Shown piece by piece: positions 1 through 10,854 of a stretch of DNA of 64,000 nucleotides; the stretch's first letter is position 1; the number at the start of each line of letters is the position of its first letter. The DNA comes from an uncultured Armatimonadetes bacterium. GTDB lineage: Bacteria; Armatimonadota; UBA5829; DTJY01. The translations under genes were made by a program, and so were the position numbers. The notes beneath the pieces are model-generated. The model searched no databases. It had not been told where the DNA came from and saw only the letters and a program-made list of their open reading frames with translations. The DNA is taken from NCBI GenBank assembly GCA_963717145.1, contig OY970325.1, positions 5,056,001 through 5,120,000 of the forward strand, given 5' to 3'.

Positions 1-913
1 GAAAACGTGGGAGGTCATCTGGAACTGCGAGCTTCCCTCGTCCCCCGGGATGTCGGCGGTCAACATGATCGAGGCGTGCGGAGACGGCAAGCTGAAGGCG
101 CTCATGGTCTTCGGCGAAAACGTTGCTCTCTCCGCTCCGAATACCGAGGCGACGCTGGCTGCCCTCGACAAGGTCGATTTCCTCGCAGTTACCGACCTGT
201 ATCTGACCGAAACCGCTCGGCTGGCGGATGTAGTGTTTCCCGCGTGCTCGTTCCTCGAGAAAGATGGCACGTTCACCAACATCGAGCGACGGGTTCAGAG
301 GATCCGCAAGGTGCTCGATCCGATCGGTGAGTCGCGGTCCGACCTCGAGATCATCGCCGATCTCGCTTCGGCGCTCGGCAAACAGATCGAGCGCAGTCCG
401 GCCAAGGTGATGTCGGAGATAGCCGGCGGTATCCCGTTCTACAGGGGCATGTCCTACGATAAGCTTGACCAGGCGTGGGGAGAGCCGTGGCCGATCAGCA
501 GCGATGGGGCGACGTTGGCTCCAGTACCGGATGGCAGTCCCGCAGCGGCCCCGGCCGGTGACGGCATGTTCAAGCTGATCGCCGACAGGATCAACTACTA
601 CCAGATGACCGGCACCATGGTTCGCCAGAGCACCGTGCTGGCGCGGGAATACCCGGAGTCGTTCGCCGAGTTGAATGAGTCCGATGCGGAGAGACTGGGC
701 CTGAGACCGGGATCACCGATCAGGATCTCTTCGGGGTGCGGAAGCATCATGCGAAAGATGCTGCTCAGCGAGTATGTGCCCTCGGGCCACGTCCATGTCC
801 CGCACTATTTCGGCGGAGACTCGCCGAATGCGCTCGCGTCGTACGACTGCGATCCGATCTCGGGCGTGCCGGTGTACAAGGCGTATTCAGTGAAGGTTGA
901 GGCGGTGAAATGA
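1..913 (+). CDS. FdhF/NuoG-like molybdopterin oxidoreductase family subunit, C-terminal part (5' truncated by window edge)
   Basis: Frame is open from the window start. Motifs ADVVFPACSFLEKDGTFTNIERRVQ and a C-terminal molydopterin-binding-type domain ending PVYKAYSVKVE are typical of FdhF/FdhA. Confidence 0.85.
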   Translation, partial: KTWEVIWNCELPSSPGMSAVNMIEACGDGKLKALMVFGENVALSAPNTEATLAALDKVDFLAVTDLYLTETARLADVVFPACSFLEKDGTFTNIERRVQRIRKVLDPIGESRSDLEIIADLASALGKQIERSPAKVMSEIAGGIPFYRGMSYDKLDQAWGEPWPISSDGATLAPVPDGSPAAAPAGDGMFKLIADRINYYQMTGTMVRQSTVLAREYPESFAELNESDAERLGLRPGSPIRISSGCGSIMRKMLLSEYVPSGHVHVPHYFGGDSPNALASYDCDPISGVPVYKAYSVKVEAVK

Positions 914-1995
914 GTACTCGCGAAGCCTGGATCCTCAAGAAACCCGATGCGGTCGTGTTCTTCGCCACTCTCGCGAAAGAGATGAGATTGATTGCTCCCA
1001 CACGGCTCTTCGACGGCGACGAGAGGCTCGACGTGATCGACTCGCCGATGGAGATCTACTGGGACTACCGCCATGACCTCTATCCGCCGGGCAAGCGGTT
1101 CATATTCCCTCACTATGAGGACATGTTCCGCTACCTGGACGGCAAGACCGTCGAGATCCAACCGTGCGATGATGCGCCGAAACAGGCGATCATCGGCATC
1201 CGGTCCTGCGACGTCAGCGCCGTCAGATTCCAGGAGAGGTTCTTCGGCGGGCAGATCGTCGATCCGTACTACAAGGCGCGCCTCGACAACACTGTCCTGT
1301 TCAGCCTGGCGTGCAACAAGCCGCCGAAGAAGGAATGCTTCTGCATCTGCTGTAACGCGGGTCCGTGGCTCGACTCAGGCTATGACGTGCAGCTCACAGA
1401 CCTTGGCGACAGGTTCCTGTACGAGGTCGGCTCCGACAAGGGCGCACAGGCTACCGAACCGGTCAGCTACATCCTGGCAAAGGCGGGTGACCGGGATTTC
1501 ATGGAGCAGGACCGGCTTCACCTGCAAGCCGACAGCCTGTTCGAGACCATCTCTTACGTCGCAAAGTCGATCAACTACATATCGGCCGATGATGTGCCGA
1601 ACGCCGTCTGGGAGACGCTGGGATCGACCTGCCATCGTTGCGGCGCCTGCACGAACCTCTGCCCCATCTGTACCTGCTACACGGTCGACGATCTCAAGGT
1701 CGAGGACGACTGCTACGTCCGGTGCAGGTCGTGGGACTCCTGTCAGTACTCGGGTTTCACTCGCGAGGCAAGCGGGCACAACCCGAGACCGACATTCGGC
1801 ACGCGCATACAGCGCCGGTTCTATCACAAGAACAGCTACCAGTACATTACTCGCGACACCACTCATGGGTGCGCCGGATGCGGACGATGCATCAGCGCGT
1901 GTCTGACGAACCTGGGGGTGCCGACCGTCGTGAAACGCCTCCGGAGAATGATGCACGACTATCTCGAACCGCTAGAGACGAAAGCCGAGGTGTAG
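910..1995 (+). CDS. 4Fe-4S dicluster protein, sulfhydrogenase beta / AsrA family
   Basis: GIRSCD, CFC, CHRCGACTNLCPICTC, WDSC and CAGCGRCISAC motifs; ATGA overlap with the upstream gene. Confidence 0.9.
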   Translation: MSTREAWILKKPDAVVFFATLAKEMRLIAPTRLFDGDERLDVIDSPMEIYWDYRHDLYPPGKRFIFPHYEDMFRYLDGKTVEIQPCDDAPKQAIIGIRSCDVSAVRFQERFFGGQIVDPYYKARLDNTVLFSLACNKPPKKECFCICCNAGPWLDSGYDVQLTDLGDRFLYEVGSDKGAQATEPVSYILAKAGDRDFMEQDRLHLQADSLFETISYVAKSINYISADDVPNAVWETLGSTCHRCGACTNLCPICTCYTVDDLKVEDDCYVRCRSWDSCQYSGFTREASGHNPRPTFGTRIQRRFYHKNSYQYITRDTTHGCAGCGRCISACLTNLGVPTVVKRLRRMMHDYLEPLETKAEV

Positions 1996-1998
1996 GAC

Positions 1999-2883
1999 AT
2001 GGAACTGACCGCTGCCAAACCGGCAAAAATGTGGGGCGTCACCGATAATCCGAGCGGCAACCTCTATGTTCCGATGATCGCCGTGATCGAGGATATCATC
2101 GACGAAACCCCCGATACCAAGACTTTCAAGCTGGCATTCGAGGACAAGGAATACGCCGGGTCGTTCTCCTGGGAGCCTGGTCAGTTCGTCGAGGTGACCA
2201 TCTTCGGCGCAGGGGAAGCCCCGATCGGGTTCGCATCGAGCCCGCTGGAAAAGGACTTCTTCGAGCTTACAGTTGTCGAACGCGGGGCTGTCACTCAGGC
2301 CATGCACGTGCTCGGGAAAGGCGACAAGGTCGGCATCCGCGGACCTCTCGGCAACTGCTGGCCGCTCGATGCGATCAAGGGCAGAGACATCATCATCATC
2401 AGCGGCGGATGCGGGCTTGCCCCACTTCGGCCCGCGATATTCAAGATTCTGGCCGACCGAAAGGACTACGGGGAGATATGGATGCTCTATGGAGCGCGGA
2501 CCCCGGCCGACCGGGACTTCAAGTATGACCTCGAGGCCTGGTCGAAGCGGGACGATATGCACCTGCTTCAGACAGTCGATATCGCCGACGACACGTGGAC
2601 TGAGAATGTCGGCGTCGTGACCACGCTGTTCGACCGGATCAAGGTTGATGCGGAGAAGGCCGTCGCCCTGATGTGCGGGCCGCCGATCATGATCAAGTTC
2701 GCCACCATCGGGCTCATCAAGACCGGGTTCTCGGAGGACCGTGTGATCACGAGTCTGGAGCGGTATATGAAGTGCGGTGTCGGCAAGTGCGGTCACTGCT
2801 GTGTCAACCATGTCTATATCTGCACGGAGGGCCCGGTGTTCACCTACCGGCAGATGCGCATGTTACCCGAGTTGGGGCTCTGA
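1999..2883 (+). CDS. FAD/NAD(P)-binding 2Fe-2S subunit, sulfhydrogenase gamma / AsrB family
   Basis: PGQF, GPLGN, GGCGLAPLR, MCGPPIM and MKCGVGKCGHC…CTEGPVF motifs. Confidence 0.92.
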   Translation: MELTAAKPAKMWGVTDNPSGNLYVPMIAVIEDIIDETPDTKTFKLAFEDKEYAGSFSWEPGQFVEVTIFGAGEAPIGFASSPLEKDFFELTVVERGAVTQAMHVLGKGDKVGIRGPLGNCWPLDAIKGRDIIIISGGCGLAPLRPAIFKILADRKDYGEIWMLYGARTPADRDFKYDLEAWSKRDDMHLLQTVDIADDTWTENVGVVTTLFDRIKVDAEKAVALMCGPPIMIKFATIGLIKTGFSEDRVITSLERYMKCGVGKCGHCCVNHVYICTEGPVFTYRQMRMLPELGL

Positions 2884-2887
2884 GATA

Positions 2888-3364
2888 TTGCTGAACGACG
2901 AACTCGAGTCGAGACTTGAAGGCAAAGTCGCAGTCGTAGGGGTCGGCGATGCTCGACGAGGGGACGACGGCGTCGGGCCGCTCGTCGCGGATTTGCTCGC
3001 TCAGGCCGGGGTGGGGGACGTGATCGACAGCGGTGTCTCGCCGGAACTCGACACTTGGAGGCTTCGGGAGATGCGCCCGGACAATATCCTCTTCGTGGAT
3101 GCGGCCACGATCGGCGGCTCGCCGGGGGACGTGGCGCTCCTGTCGCCGGCCGAACTGCGCAACACGGGGTTCGACACGCATCGCGCGCCACTCAAGCTGA
3201 CGATGGAGTACCTGGAGAAAGATCTGGGCTGCAGATGTTTTCTGCTGGCGGTCGAGCCGAGGGACGTGAGGCATGGCGCGCCGATGTGCCGGGAAGTCCG
3301 GGCCTCGGCGACCGACCTGGCGGGGATTCTGGTCTCGTCTGTTCTGTCGTCACCATCGCCGTAG
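2888..3364 (+). CDS. hycI: hydrogenase maturation endopeptidase (HycI-like)
   Basis: VVGVGDARRGDDGVG, FVDAA and DTH motifs; probable TTG start at 2888. Confidence 0.85.
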   Translation: MLNDELESRLEGKVAVVGVGDARRGDDGVGPLVADLLAQAGVGDVIDSGVSPELDTWRLREMRPDNILFVDAATIGGSPGDVALLSPAELRNTGFDTHRAPLKLTMEYLEKDLGCRCFLLAVEPRDVRHGAPMCREVRASATDLAGILVSSVLSSPSP

Positions 3365-3444
3365 GGGCGTGACTTGTGCCGCCCGGCATGCGGCCACAGG
3401 CGGCACAAGGCACGCCGGGCGGCACAAGGCGCGCCCCTACGGCG
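3357..3444. repeat. GTAG-type REP-like palindrome (family A)
   Basis: gtaggggcg…cttgtgccgcc…ggcggcacaagg…cgcccctac; same family at 40698-40758. Confidence 0.8.
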
Positions 3445-3487
3445 ATGGTGCGGCGGTGCGGATGAGAGCTGATTGGAGAAAACGGCT

Positions 3488-5171
3488 ATGGAACAACAGG
3501 GATTCTTGATGGACCTGTTCACGCACTTCCCTGATATCATGGAGGACGTCCAGGAACACGTCAAAGACCAGTATGTTCTGACTGTCCCTCGCGATCAACT
3601 GCCGATGCTCGTCAAGCGCGCGGTGAACCAGCTTGGCGCGCGGTTCGTGATCAGCGCGGCTACGGATATGCGCGAGAAGACCGGCGAGTTCCTGGTTTCA
3701 TACATTCTCTCGTTCGACAAGCAGCGGAAGTTCTTCGTCGTCCAATCGGCCGTTCCCGCAAACGATCCAAAGATCGGTTCCGTGACCCCTGATGTCCCTG
3801 CTGCGGGTTGGTCCGAGCGAGAAGCCTTCGACATGATCGGGATCGTGCCGGTGAATCATCCCGATCCGCGCAGATTGATCCTGCCCGACGATTTCCCCGA
3901 GGGCATACATCCTCTTCGCCGGGAGTTCGATTACAACCAGCGATTTGCATCCGAGCCGCAGAATGCCCCTCCGCGACAGGAAGCCCCGGAGGGCACCACG
4001 GTCGTACCGCTCGGCCCCTTCTATCCGACCCTGGAGGAGCCCGCCTACTTCCGGCTGTTCCTCGACGGCGAGCGCGTCGTCGGCTCGGACTACCGCGGTT
4101 TCTACAACCATCGCGCGGTCGAGAAGCTGGGCGACAGTGAGCTGAACTACAACCAGATTCCCTTCGTCGCGCAGCAGATATGCGGGATATGCGGGCAGGT
4201 TCACTCCTGCGGATACTGCCAGGCCGTCGAGGATGCGTGCGGCATAGATGTGCCGATGCGCGCCAAGTACATCCGCTCGCCTGCTCCTGGAGTTGGAGCG
4301 GATCCACAGCCACCTGCTCTGGGTCGGACTGGCCGGACACATCATCGGGTTCGACACCATCCTCATGCAGGCTGGCGCATCCGAGAACCGGTGATGTGGC
4401 TCATGGAGCGCGTCACCGGCAACCGCAAGCACTACTCCTCGAACCTCGTCGGCGGAGTGCGCTTCGACATCGACGAAGCCGCCGTGGAGGACATCAGGCG
4501 CATGCTGGACAAGGTCGAGACCGAGTTCAAGGCTGTTGTCGATGCCGTCGTCCTCGATACGACGATTCTCGCGCGGCTCAAGGGAGTCGGCATCCTCACG
4601 GAAGAAGAGGCGCGTAAGCTGGGCGGTCGTCGGACCGGTGGCACGCGGATCGAACGTGCCCATCGACGCGCGGGTCGATCACCCATACGCGGCCTATGCC
4701 GAACTCGGCGTCCAGATCCAGGTCCAGGACGGCTGCGACATCTGGGCGCGGACCTTGGTCCGGGTGCTCGAGACATTCGAGTCGATCCGGCTCGTGCGGA
4801 AGGTGCTCGACGACATGCCCGGCGGGCCCGATCATGGCGAGTATCGACCACAGCCTGCCTTACGGGAGAGATCGGGCTCTGCTCGGTCGAGGCGGCACGG
4901 GGCGAGGCTCACCATTACGTCCTCAGCGGCGATCGAGAACCGGCCATATCGTTGGCGTGTGAGAGCGCCGACCTATCAGAACCTGCAGGCCGTCGCCTGC
5001 ATGATCGAGGGCGAGCAGCTTGCGGATGTGCCGATAGACCTCGGGAGCTTCGACCCGTGCTTTTCGTGTACCGAGCGCGTCGAGACCCTCGACGTCAACA
5101 CCGACGCGATCAGGATCTATACGAGGGATGAGCTGGAAGAGATGTGCGGGCGAAACGGCGAAAGGACGTAA
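3488..5171 (+). CDS. hyfG: group 4 [NiFe]-hydrogenase large subunit, HycE/HyfG-like NuoC-NuoD fusion (several apparent indels)
   Basis: N-terminal NuoC domain (WSEREAFDMIG, HPLRR), L1 motif CGICGQVH, L2 motif DPCFSCTER plus a cleavable tail. Frame switches near 4280, 4370, 4622, 4830 and 4935. Confidence 0.88.
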
Positions 5172-5177
5172 GGTCAT

Positions 5178-5710
5178 ATGTTCAAGGCCAAGCTGAAGGA
5201 AGCTGTGATCTGCTTCGGGGCGGGCCGGGTGACGCTCAAGTATCCCTTCGAGCCGGCTTTCGCGCCGCCGAAGTTCCGAGGCAAGGTCGAGTTCGACGCC
5301 CGCAAGTGCATCGCGTGCGGCGGATGCGCGAACGTCTGCCCTCCGAGGTGCATCGTGATCGAGGACATCGGCGAGGTCGCACGGATCACATTCCATCTCG
5401 ACAGATGCATCCAGTGCGCGCGGTGCTATGGAGGTCTGCCCGGAGAGCGCGATCTGGCCGACCGAGCAGTTCGAGACCGCCACTCCGGACAAGGCCGACC
5501 TGAAGTCCGAGATGATCCGTCTGGATGTCGAGTTGCCAGCGGTGCGGCCGGTGCTTCGAGATCGACAACGCGATCGACAAGTTCGAGAGCAAGCGCTGGC
5601 GTGGCCGCGGTCCCGGCGAGGAGAACAAGCACGGCATCTTCCCGGTGAAGCCGCCACTCGACTTCATGCCGCACGGGATCGCTGGTGCGGGAGAGGGGGA
5701 CGACTCATGA
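5178..5710 (+). CDS. hyfH: HycF/HyfH (NuoI-like) 2x[4Fe-4S] subunit (apparent indels)
   Basis: TLKYPF, FRGK, CIACGGCANVCP, CIQCARC(x)EVCP and CQRCGRCF motifs; frame switches near 5428 and 5520. Confidence 0.85.
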
Positions 5711-6229
5711 TCCGCGAGTTTTACAAGAAGATGTTTCGGTAAGTCGATCTGGCTGCTTCCAGACGAACTGCGGTTCGTGCAACGGCTGCGACATCGAGAT
5801 CATCGACGTGCTGACGCCTTACTATGACGTCGAGCGGTTCGGCATGAAGCTGGTCGGCAGCCCGCGGCACGCGGACGCGCTCGTGATCTCGGGGGGCGTG
5901 AGCAGGCAGGTCGCGCCGGCGCTCAGGCGGCTCTATGAGGCGACCCCGGATCCCAAGGTCGTGATAGCAGTCGGGGCGTGCGCGGTCGGCGGCAACATCT
6001 GGTTCGACACATACAACGTCCTCGGCGGCGCGGACAAGGTGGTGCCGGTGACGGTCTACATCCCCGGTTGCCCGCCGAGGCCGGAAGCGATCGTCTACGG
6101 CGCGGCGCTGGCGCTCGGTCTGGTGCCCAAGAAAGTCGCGGCCAGCACGAGCAGCACCTGCCGCCGGGCTTCGATCTCGAGGAGCACCTGAAGGCCTGGG
6201 AAGACGTGCCGATCATGACGCGGAAGTAG
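5707..6229 (+). CDS. hyfI: hydrogenase small subunit HycG/HyfI (NuoB-like; apparent indels)
   Basis: CGSCNGCDIE, SPRHAD, AVGACA and YIPGCPPRP motifs; ATGA overlap at 5707. Confidence 0.88.
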
Positions 6230-6300
6230 TTGTCAGTTATCAGTTATCAGTTGTCAGTTATCAGTGCCTGCCGATCACTGATCACCGATCACCGATGACT
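6228..6300. repeat. heptamer tandem repeats in inverted arrangement
   Basis: Five copies of agttRtc followed by four copies of cYgatSa. Confidence 0.75.
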
Positions 6301-6319
6301 CAGAGAGGAAGAAGCGGAT

Positions 6320-7835
6320 ATGCAACCATTGGCAATAGCTGTGGTGGCCGTTCCATTCCTGGGGGCGATAGCATGCTCTCGCCGCAAGGGACCGTGCGGC
6401 GAAGTACCTGGCGGCGGCGGCCTCGCTCGTCACCGCCGGCGAGCGCGGTGGCACTCGCGTGGAAACTGCCCGGTGAGCACGCATCTGTTCGGCGCAATGC
6501 CGTGGCTCGGAGCAGCGGGATCCAACGGATTCTTCGGCTACCAGATCGATGCCCTCGCGCTCATCATGCTGCTCGCCTCGACGGTCATCGGCGTCGCGAT
6601 AGTGATCTACTCCGCCGGATATCTGTCGCCCGGGAACAAGGACCATCCCGTGCACGGCGGGCCAGGCGCGCTACTACTTCTGGCTGATGCTCTTCGTCGG
6701 CTCGATGGCCGGGATCGCCCTGTCACCGACGCTGCTCCAGCTGCTGATCTTCTGGGAGATGACGACGCTCTGTTCGTGGGCGCTGATCTCGTTCTACGAC
6801 AACGAGGAGAGCCTGAGAGCAGGCATCAAGGCGCTGGTGGTCACCGTCGATCGGCGGACTGTTCTTCATCGGCGGGCTGGTCTGGGTCTTCAGCGCCACC
6901 GGTTCGATGGGATTCAGCGCGCTCGGGATGATGACGCCACAGATGCGGGCGGGCGCATTCGCGCTGTTCATGATCGCCGCGTGGTCGAAGAGCGCGCAGA
7001 TCCCGTTCCACACGTGGCTTCCCGACGCGATGGCGGCCCCGACTCCCATCAGCGCCTACCTGCACGCGGCGGCGATGGTCAAGGCCGGCGTATTCCTGAT
7101 CGCGAGGCTCCTATCCGCAGGCTGGCAGCTTCCGACCGGAATGGGCCTACTGCTCGCGATCGGCGCGCTCGTCACGATGTTCGCGGCGCTCTATCTCTAC
7201 TTCTTCCAGGACGATCTCAAGCGCCTGCTTGCGTACTCGACGATCGCCCAGCTCGGCATACATATTCCTGGGGCTCGGCATCGGGGCACTCGGCGCGTCC
7301 ATGGCATACCACGGCGCGGTGCTCCACATACTCATGCACGCGTTCGCCAAGACGACCCTCTTCCTGACGGTCGGCGCGATCGCGTATGCCACCGGCACGC
7401 GGAGCATATCGAAGCTCTCCGGTCTGGCCTCGGAGATGCCGATTGCGGCGCTTTGCCTTCTTCGTGGGCGCCTTCGCGCTCACCGGCATTCCACCGCTGG
7501 CGTGCTTCTGGAGCAAGATGTACGTCCTGGCCGGGGCGCTGCAGGTCACGGGCGCATTCGGGCCGATCGTCCTGACGCTCGTGCTCATCGAGAGCCTCGT
7601 CTCGTTCGGCTGGTTCCTCTGGATCGGGCAGAAGGTCTTCTTTGGGAGAGGTCGGATGGGGGTCATAAAGCCCGAAAAGGAGGGCAAAGCGGTCGGAGAT
7701 ACGCGGGTTCTCGTCGGTTCGGCCCTCGATCCGCCTGCGAGCATGAACTGGGTGCTGATGATCATGGTCATTCTGACGCTGGTTGTCCCGCTTGCGGGCA
7801 TCCCTCTCGTTTCTCGGCTTATCGGCGTACCCTGA
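6320..7835 (+). CDS. hyfD: HyfD-like antiporter-type membrane subunit (apparent indels)
   Basis: FWEMTT, KSAQIPFHTWLPDAMAAPTPISAYLHAA, LKRLLAYSTI and GIPPLACFWSK motifs spread over several frames. Confidence 0.85.
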
Positions 7836-7840
7836 TGAGG

Positions 7841-7925
7841 AGGGCTTTATGCCCGTCGGGGCGAACGCCCTGTAGCCTAGGGCTTTATGCCCGTCACGGC
7901 GAACGCCCACGAGGGGCTAGGCTAC
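7841..7925. repeat. REP-like element: direct repeat plus GTAG inverted repeat
   Basis: agggctttatgcccgtc…ggcgaacgccc twice; tgtagcctag…ctaggctaca. Confidence 0.6.
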
Positions 7926-7938
7926 AAGAGTTATCGAG

Positions 7939-9942
7939 GTGAGTATGGCTTACACTAACGTTGAACTTGCGTTTCTGCTCCTGCTGGTCGGTGCACTGGT
8001 CGCCAGTCAGGCGCGGTCCTGGCGGTCGGCGGGATGGATCGCGACCTTCTTCGTAGGCGCTGCCACTGCGCTCGCCTGGACGGATGGACTGAGGGTGCTT
8101 ACCACCGGCAATCCGGTCGAAGGCTTCATAGCGGCCCTTCCGAATTTCGGCAGCAAACTCGCGGTATCGCTCGATCCTCTCGGCGCTGGATTCCTGTTGA
8201 TCGTGACCGCCGTCTCGCTGATCGCGACGATCTACTCGATCGGCTACATGGGATGGTACAGGAACGAGAGCCCGCGCAGGTTCTACCCCCTGCTCCTGCT
8301 CTTCATCGCCGGGATGATGGGGGTCGTGGCGGTTCAGGACTGGCTCTTCTTCATCGTGCTGTGGGAACTGATGACCCTTGCTTCGTACTTCCTTGTGACC
8401 TTCGAACGATCCGACCCACAGGCAGTCAGGGCGGGCTTCAAGTACTTCATCATGACCCACGTCGCGACCGCCGGCCTGCTCGTGACGGCAATCGTGCTGT
8501 GGAGCAGCACCGGCTCATTCGCCTTTGCCGCGCATGGGACGGCGCTGTCCACGATGTCGCTGGCCCTGAGAAGCCTGCTGCTCGCACTCTACCTGATCGC
8601 ATTCTCGACTAAGGCCGGCATCTTCCCCATGGGCGACTGGCTGCCCGACGCGCATCCCTCCGCGCCGTCCGGGGTGTCGGCGATTCTGTCCGGCGTGATG
8701 ATCAAGCTCGGGGCATACGGCGTCCTCCGCGTGTTCTGGGACGTACTTCCGCAGGCCGGGAACCGAGTGGAACTGCTGACGTGGGGCGCGATCATCGCGT
8801 TCCTCGGCACGCTCTCGGCATTTGTCGGCGGCGTGACGGCGATGAAGGAGAACGATGCGAAGCGCCTGCTCGCGTTCTCCAGCATCAGCCAGATGGGATA
8901 TATCTTCCTGGCCCTCGGCGTGGCGATAGCATTCTCAGCGGTGAAGGGGCTGTCCGGTCTCGCACTCCTGGCGCTCCTGGCCGCGGGATTCCACATCCTG
9001 AACGACGCGATCTACAAATCGCTGCTCTTCATGAACGCAGGCTCGATCCTCTATGCGACGAATACCCGGGACATCAACAAGGTCGGCGGACTGGCAGCGG
9101 TGATGCCGCTCGCAGCGGCGGCCGGATTGGTGGGCGTCGCTAGCCTGTCGGGCCTGCCTCCGATGAACGGTTTTGCGTCCAAGTGGCTGATCTACCAGTC
9201 GTCGATCGCGGGCGGCCTGCACTTCGCCCCGTTTATAGCTGCGGCGGTCGTCGCGTTCTTCGTCAGCCTGAGCACCCTGGCGTATTCGCTGAAGTACTAC
9301 AATACGGCATTCCTGGGAAAGCCCGCGAAGACATCGGCGTCTGCGGTGAAGTTGCCGGGCACGATGACCTTCGCCCAGATCGTGCCTGCGCTCGCGTGCA
9401 TAGCGATAGGTCTGGCTCCGTTCTGGACGATCAAGCTGGTCTCCTCCGCACTAGGCGTATCGACCACGGGGATGTTCGCGCCCGGTGGAATCGGCGGCCT
9501 CTCGACGATTGCCGCAAACGGGGCGATCCCCGCTGCATGGAGTCCGATCCTGCTGCTCGGGCTGTTCCTGGTTTTCTTCGTTATAGCGGAAGCCCTCCGG
9601 GGTTCGGGTCGCGTACACACGAGGGTAGTGCCGAGTTGGCTGGGCGGGGAGGAGCATACCGATGACGAGGTTCGCTTCAGGGCGCACGGCTTCTACTCAC
9701 CGTTCAACGAAGCCTTTGCCAAAGTCTATCCACACATACCGCTGCCACGCCTGCCGAGTCTCGCGCGGCTGAGATCGGTGCTCGACCTGGACAACTGGCT
9801 CTACGGCCCGGCGATGCGCGCGGGGGGAGCATTCGTGGACAAGCTGAGCCGCTCGCATATGGGCGTGCCCCAGGTCTATATGATCTGGCAGGTCGCCGGG
9901 ATGATCATTGTCGTAGCGCTGCTCTTCGCGCTCGTCAGGTAG
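7939..9942 (+). CDS. hyfB: HyfB/HycC-like antiporter-type membrane subunit
   Basis: LWELMTLASY, WLPDAHPSAPSGVSAILSG, KRLLAFSSI and PPMNGFASKW motifs; 667 aa. Confidence 0.9.
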   Translation: MSMAYTNVELAFLLLLVGALVASQARSWRSAGWIATFFVGAATALAWTDGLRVLTTGNPVEGFIAALPNFGSKLAVSLDPLGAGFLLIVTAVSLIATIYSIGYMGWYRNESPRRFYPLLLLFIAGMMGVVAVQDWLFFIVLWELMTLASYFLVTFERSDPQAVRAGFKYFIMTHVATAGLLVTAIVLWSSTGSFAFAAHGTALSTMSLALRSLLLALYLIAFSTKAGIFPMGDWLPDAHPSAPSGVSAILSGVMIKLGAYGVLRVFWDVLPQAGNRVELLTWGAIIAFLGTLSAFVGGVTAMKENDAKRLLAFSSISQMGYIFLALGVAIAFSAVKGLSGLALLALLAAGFHILNDAIYKSLLFMNAGSILYATNTRDINKVGGLAAVMPLAAAAGLVGVASLSGLPPMNGFASKWLIYQSSIAGGLHFAPFIAAAVVAFFVSLSTLAYSLKYYNTAFLGKPAKTSASAVKLPGTMTFAQIVPALACIAIGLAPFWTIKLVSSALGVSTTGMFAPGGIGGLSTIAANGAIPAAWSPILLLGLFLVFFVIAEALRGSGRVHTRVVPSWLGGEEHTDDEVRFRAHGFYSPFNEAFAKVYPHIPLPRLPSLARLRSVLDLDNWLYGPAMRAGGAFVDKLSRSHMGVPQVYMIWQVAGMIIVVALLFALVR

Positions 9943-9956
9943 GTTGGGAGGATACT

Positions 9957-10850
9957 ATGTCGGTGCAAGCACTCGTCATAAACAGCGCGATAGCCCTGCT
10001 GCTGGCTCCGATGTTCGATGGAGTCGCCAGGAAGGTCAAGGCCGTCATTCACTCGCGCAAGGGTCCGCCGATAACGCAGCCTTACATCGACATCTTCAAG
10101 CTGCTCGGAAAGGAAGACCTGCGCTGTACCGCGAGCCTTGTCTTCAGGTTCGCGCCGGCCGTCGTGTTAGCGGCATTCCTGGTGGCGGCCGTGCTCACTC
10201 CGATGGGAGTGGCCTCAGGCGCGCCCGGCGACATGGTGACGTGGATTTACTTCCTGACGCTCGGCGCGGCGGCGATCACCGTGTTGGCGGCCGCATCCGG
10301 GAATCCCTTCGCGCAGACGGGGAGCGCCCGCGAGATCATGATGCTCCTGTCCGTCGAGCCGATCGTCGTGGCAGCACTCATCACCGCCGCCATCAAGAGC
10401 CATTCGATCCAGCTTCAGGACATGATGAGCTGGAATGTGTCCAACGGGCCGACGGTCTCCATGGTGAGCGCGGGCATCGCGTTCTTCCTGGCGCTTCAGG
10501 CAACGATGGGCAGGCTTCCATTCGATATCGCCGAAGCTGAGAGTGAGATCGCGGAGGGTCCGCTCATCGAGGTCACCGGACCGAACCTCGCGATCATGAA
10601 ACTCGCCTTGTTGGTGCGCCAGGTGGTCTATGCGTTTCTGCTTGTGCAATTATTCATTCCCTGGCCGGCGATCGGTCCCTGGCCGCTGACCGTGATCGCA
10701 GCCCTTGTGAAAGTGCTCATCCTATTCGTGCTCGCCGCGGTGATGGAAGCAGTGAGCCCGAGACTTCGCATAGACCAGTCGATGACCTACATGAGCAGGC
10801 TGCTGTTTGTAGCGCTGGCGGCCCTGGCATTTGCAGCGATCGGAGTGTGA
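9957..10850 (+). CDS. hyfC: HyfC/HycD (NuoH-like) membrane subunit
   Basis: RKGPPITQPYIDIFKLLGKE and RLPFDIAEAESEI motifs. Confidence 0.92.
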   Translation: MSVQALVINSAIALLLAPMFDGVARKVKAVIHSRKGPPITQPYIDIFKLLGKEDLRCTASLVFRFAPAVVLAAFLVAAVLTPMGVASGAPGDMVTWIYFLTLGAAAITVLAAASGNPFAQTGSAREIMMLLSVEPIVVAALITAAIKSHSIQLQDMMSWNVSNGPTVSMVSAGIAFFLALQATMGRLPFDIAEAESEIAEGPLIEVTGPNLAIMKLALLVRQVVYAFLLVQLFIPWPAIGPWPLTVIAALVKVLILFVLAAVMEAVSPRLRIDQSMTYMSRLLFVALAALAFAAIGV

Positions 10851-10854
10851 TGAT

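Noticed and set aside
910-2883. Anaerobic sulfite reductase operon
   Set aside because: No siroheme AsrC subunit follows; the genes run into hydrogenase genes.
3488-7835. Pseudogenes or programmed frameshifting in the hydrogenase genes
   Set aside because: The indels are too many, lack slippery sites and are patchy across unrelated operons; an artefact is more parsimonious.
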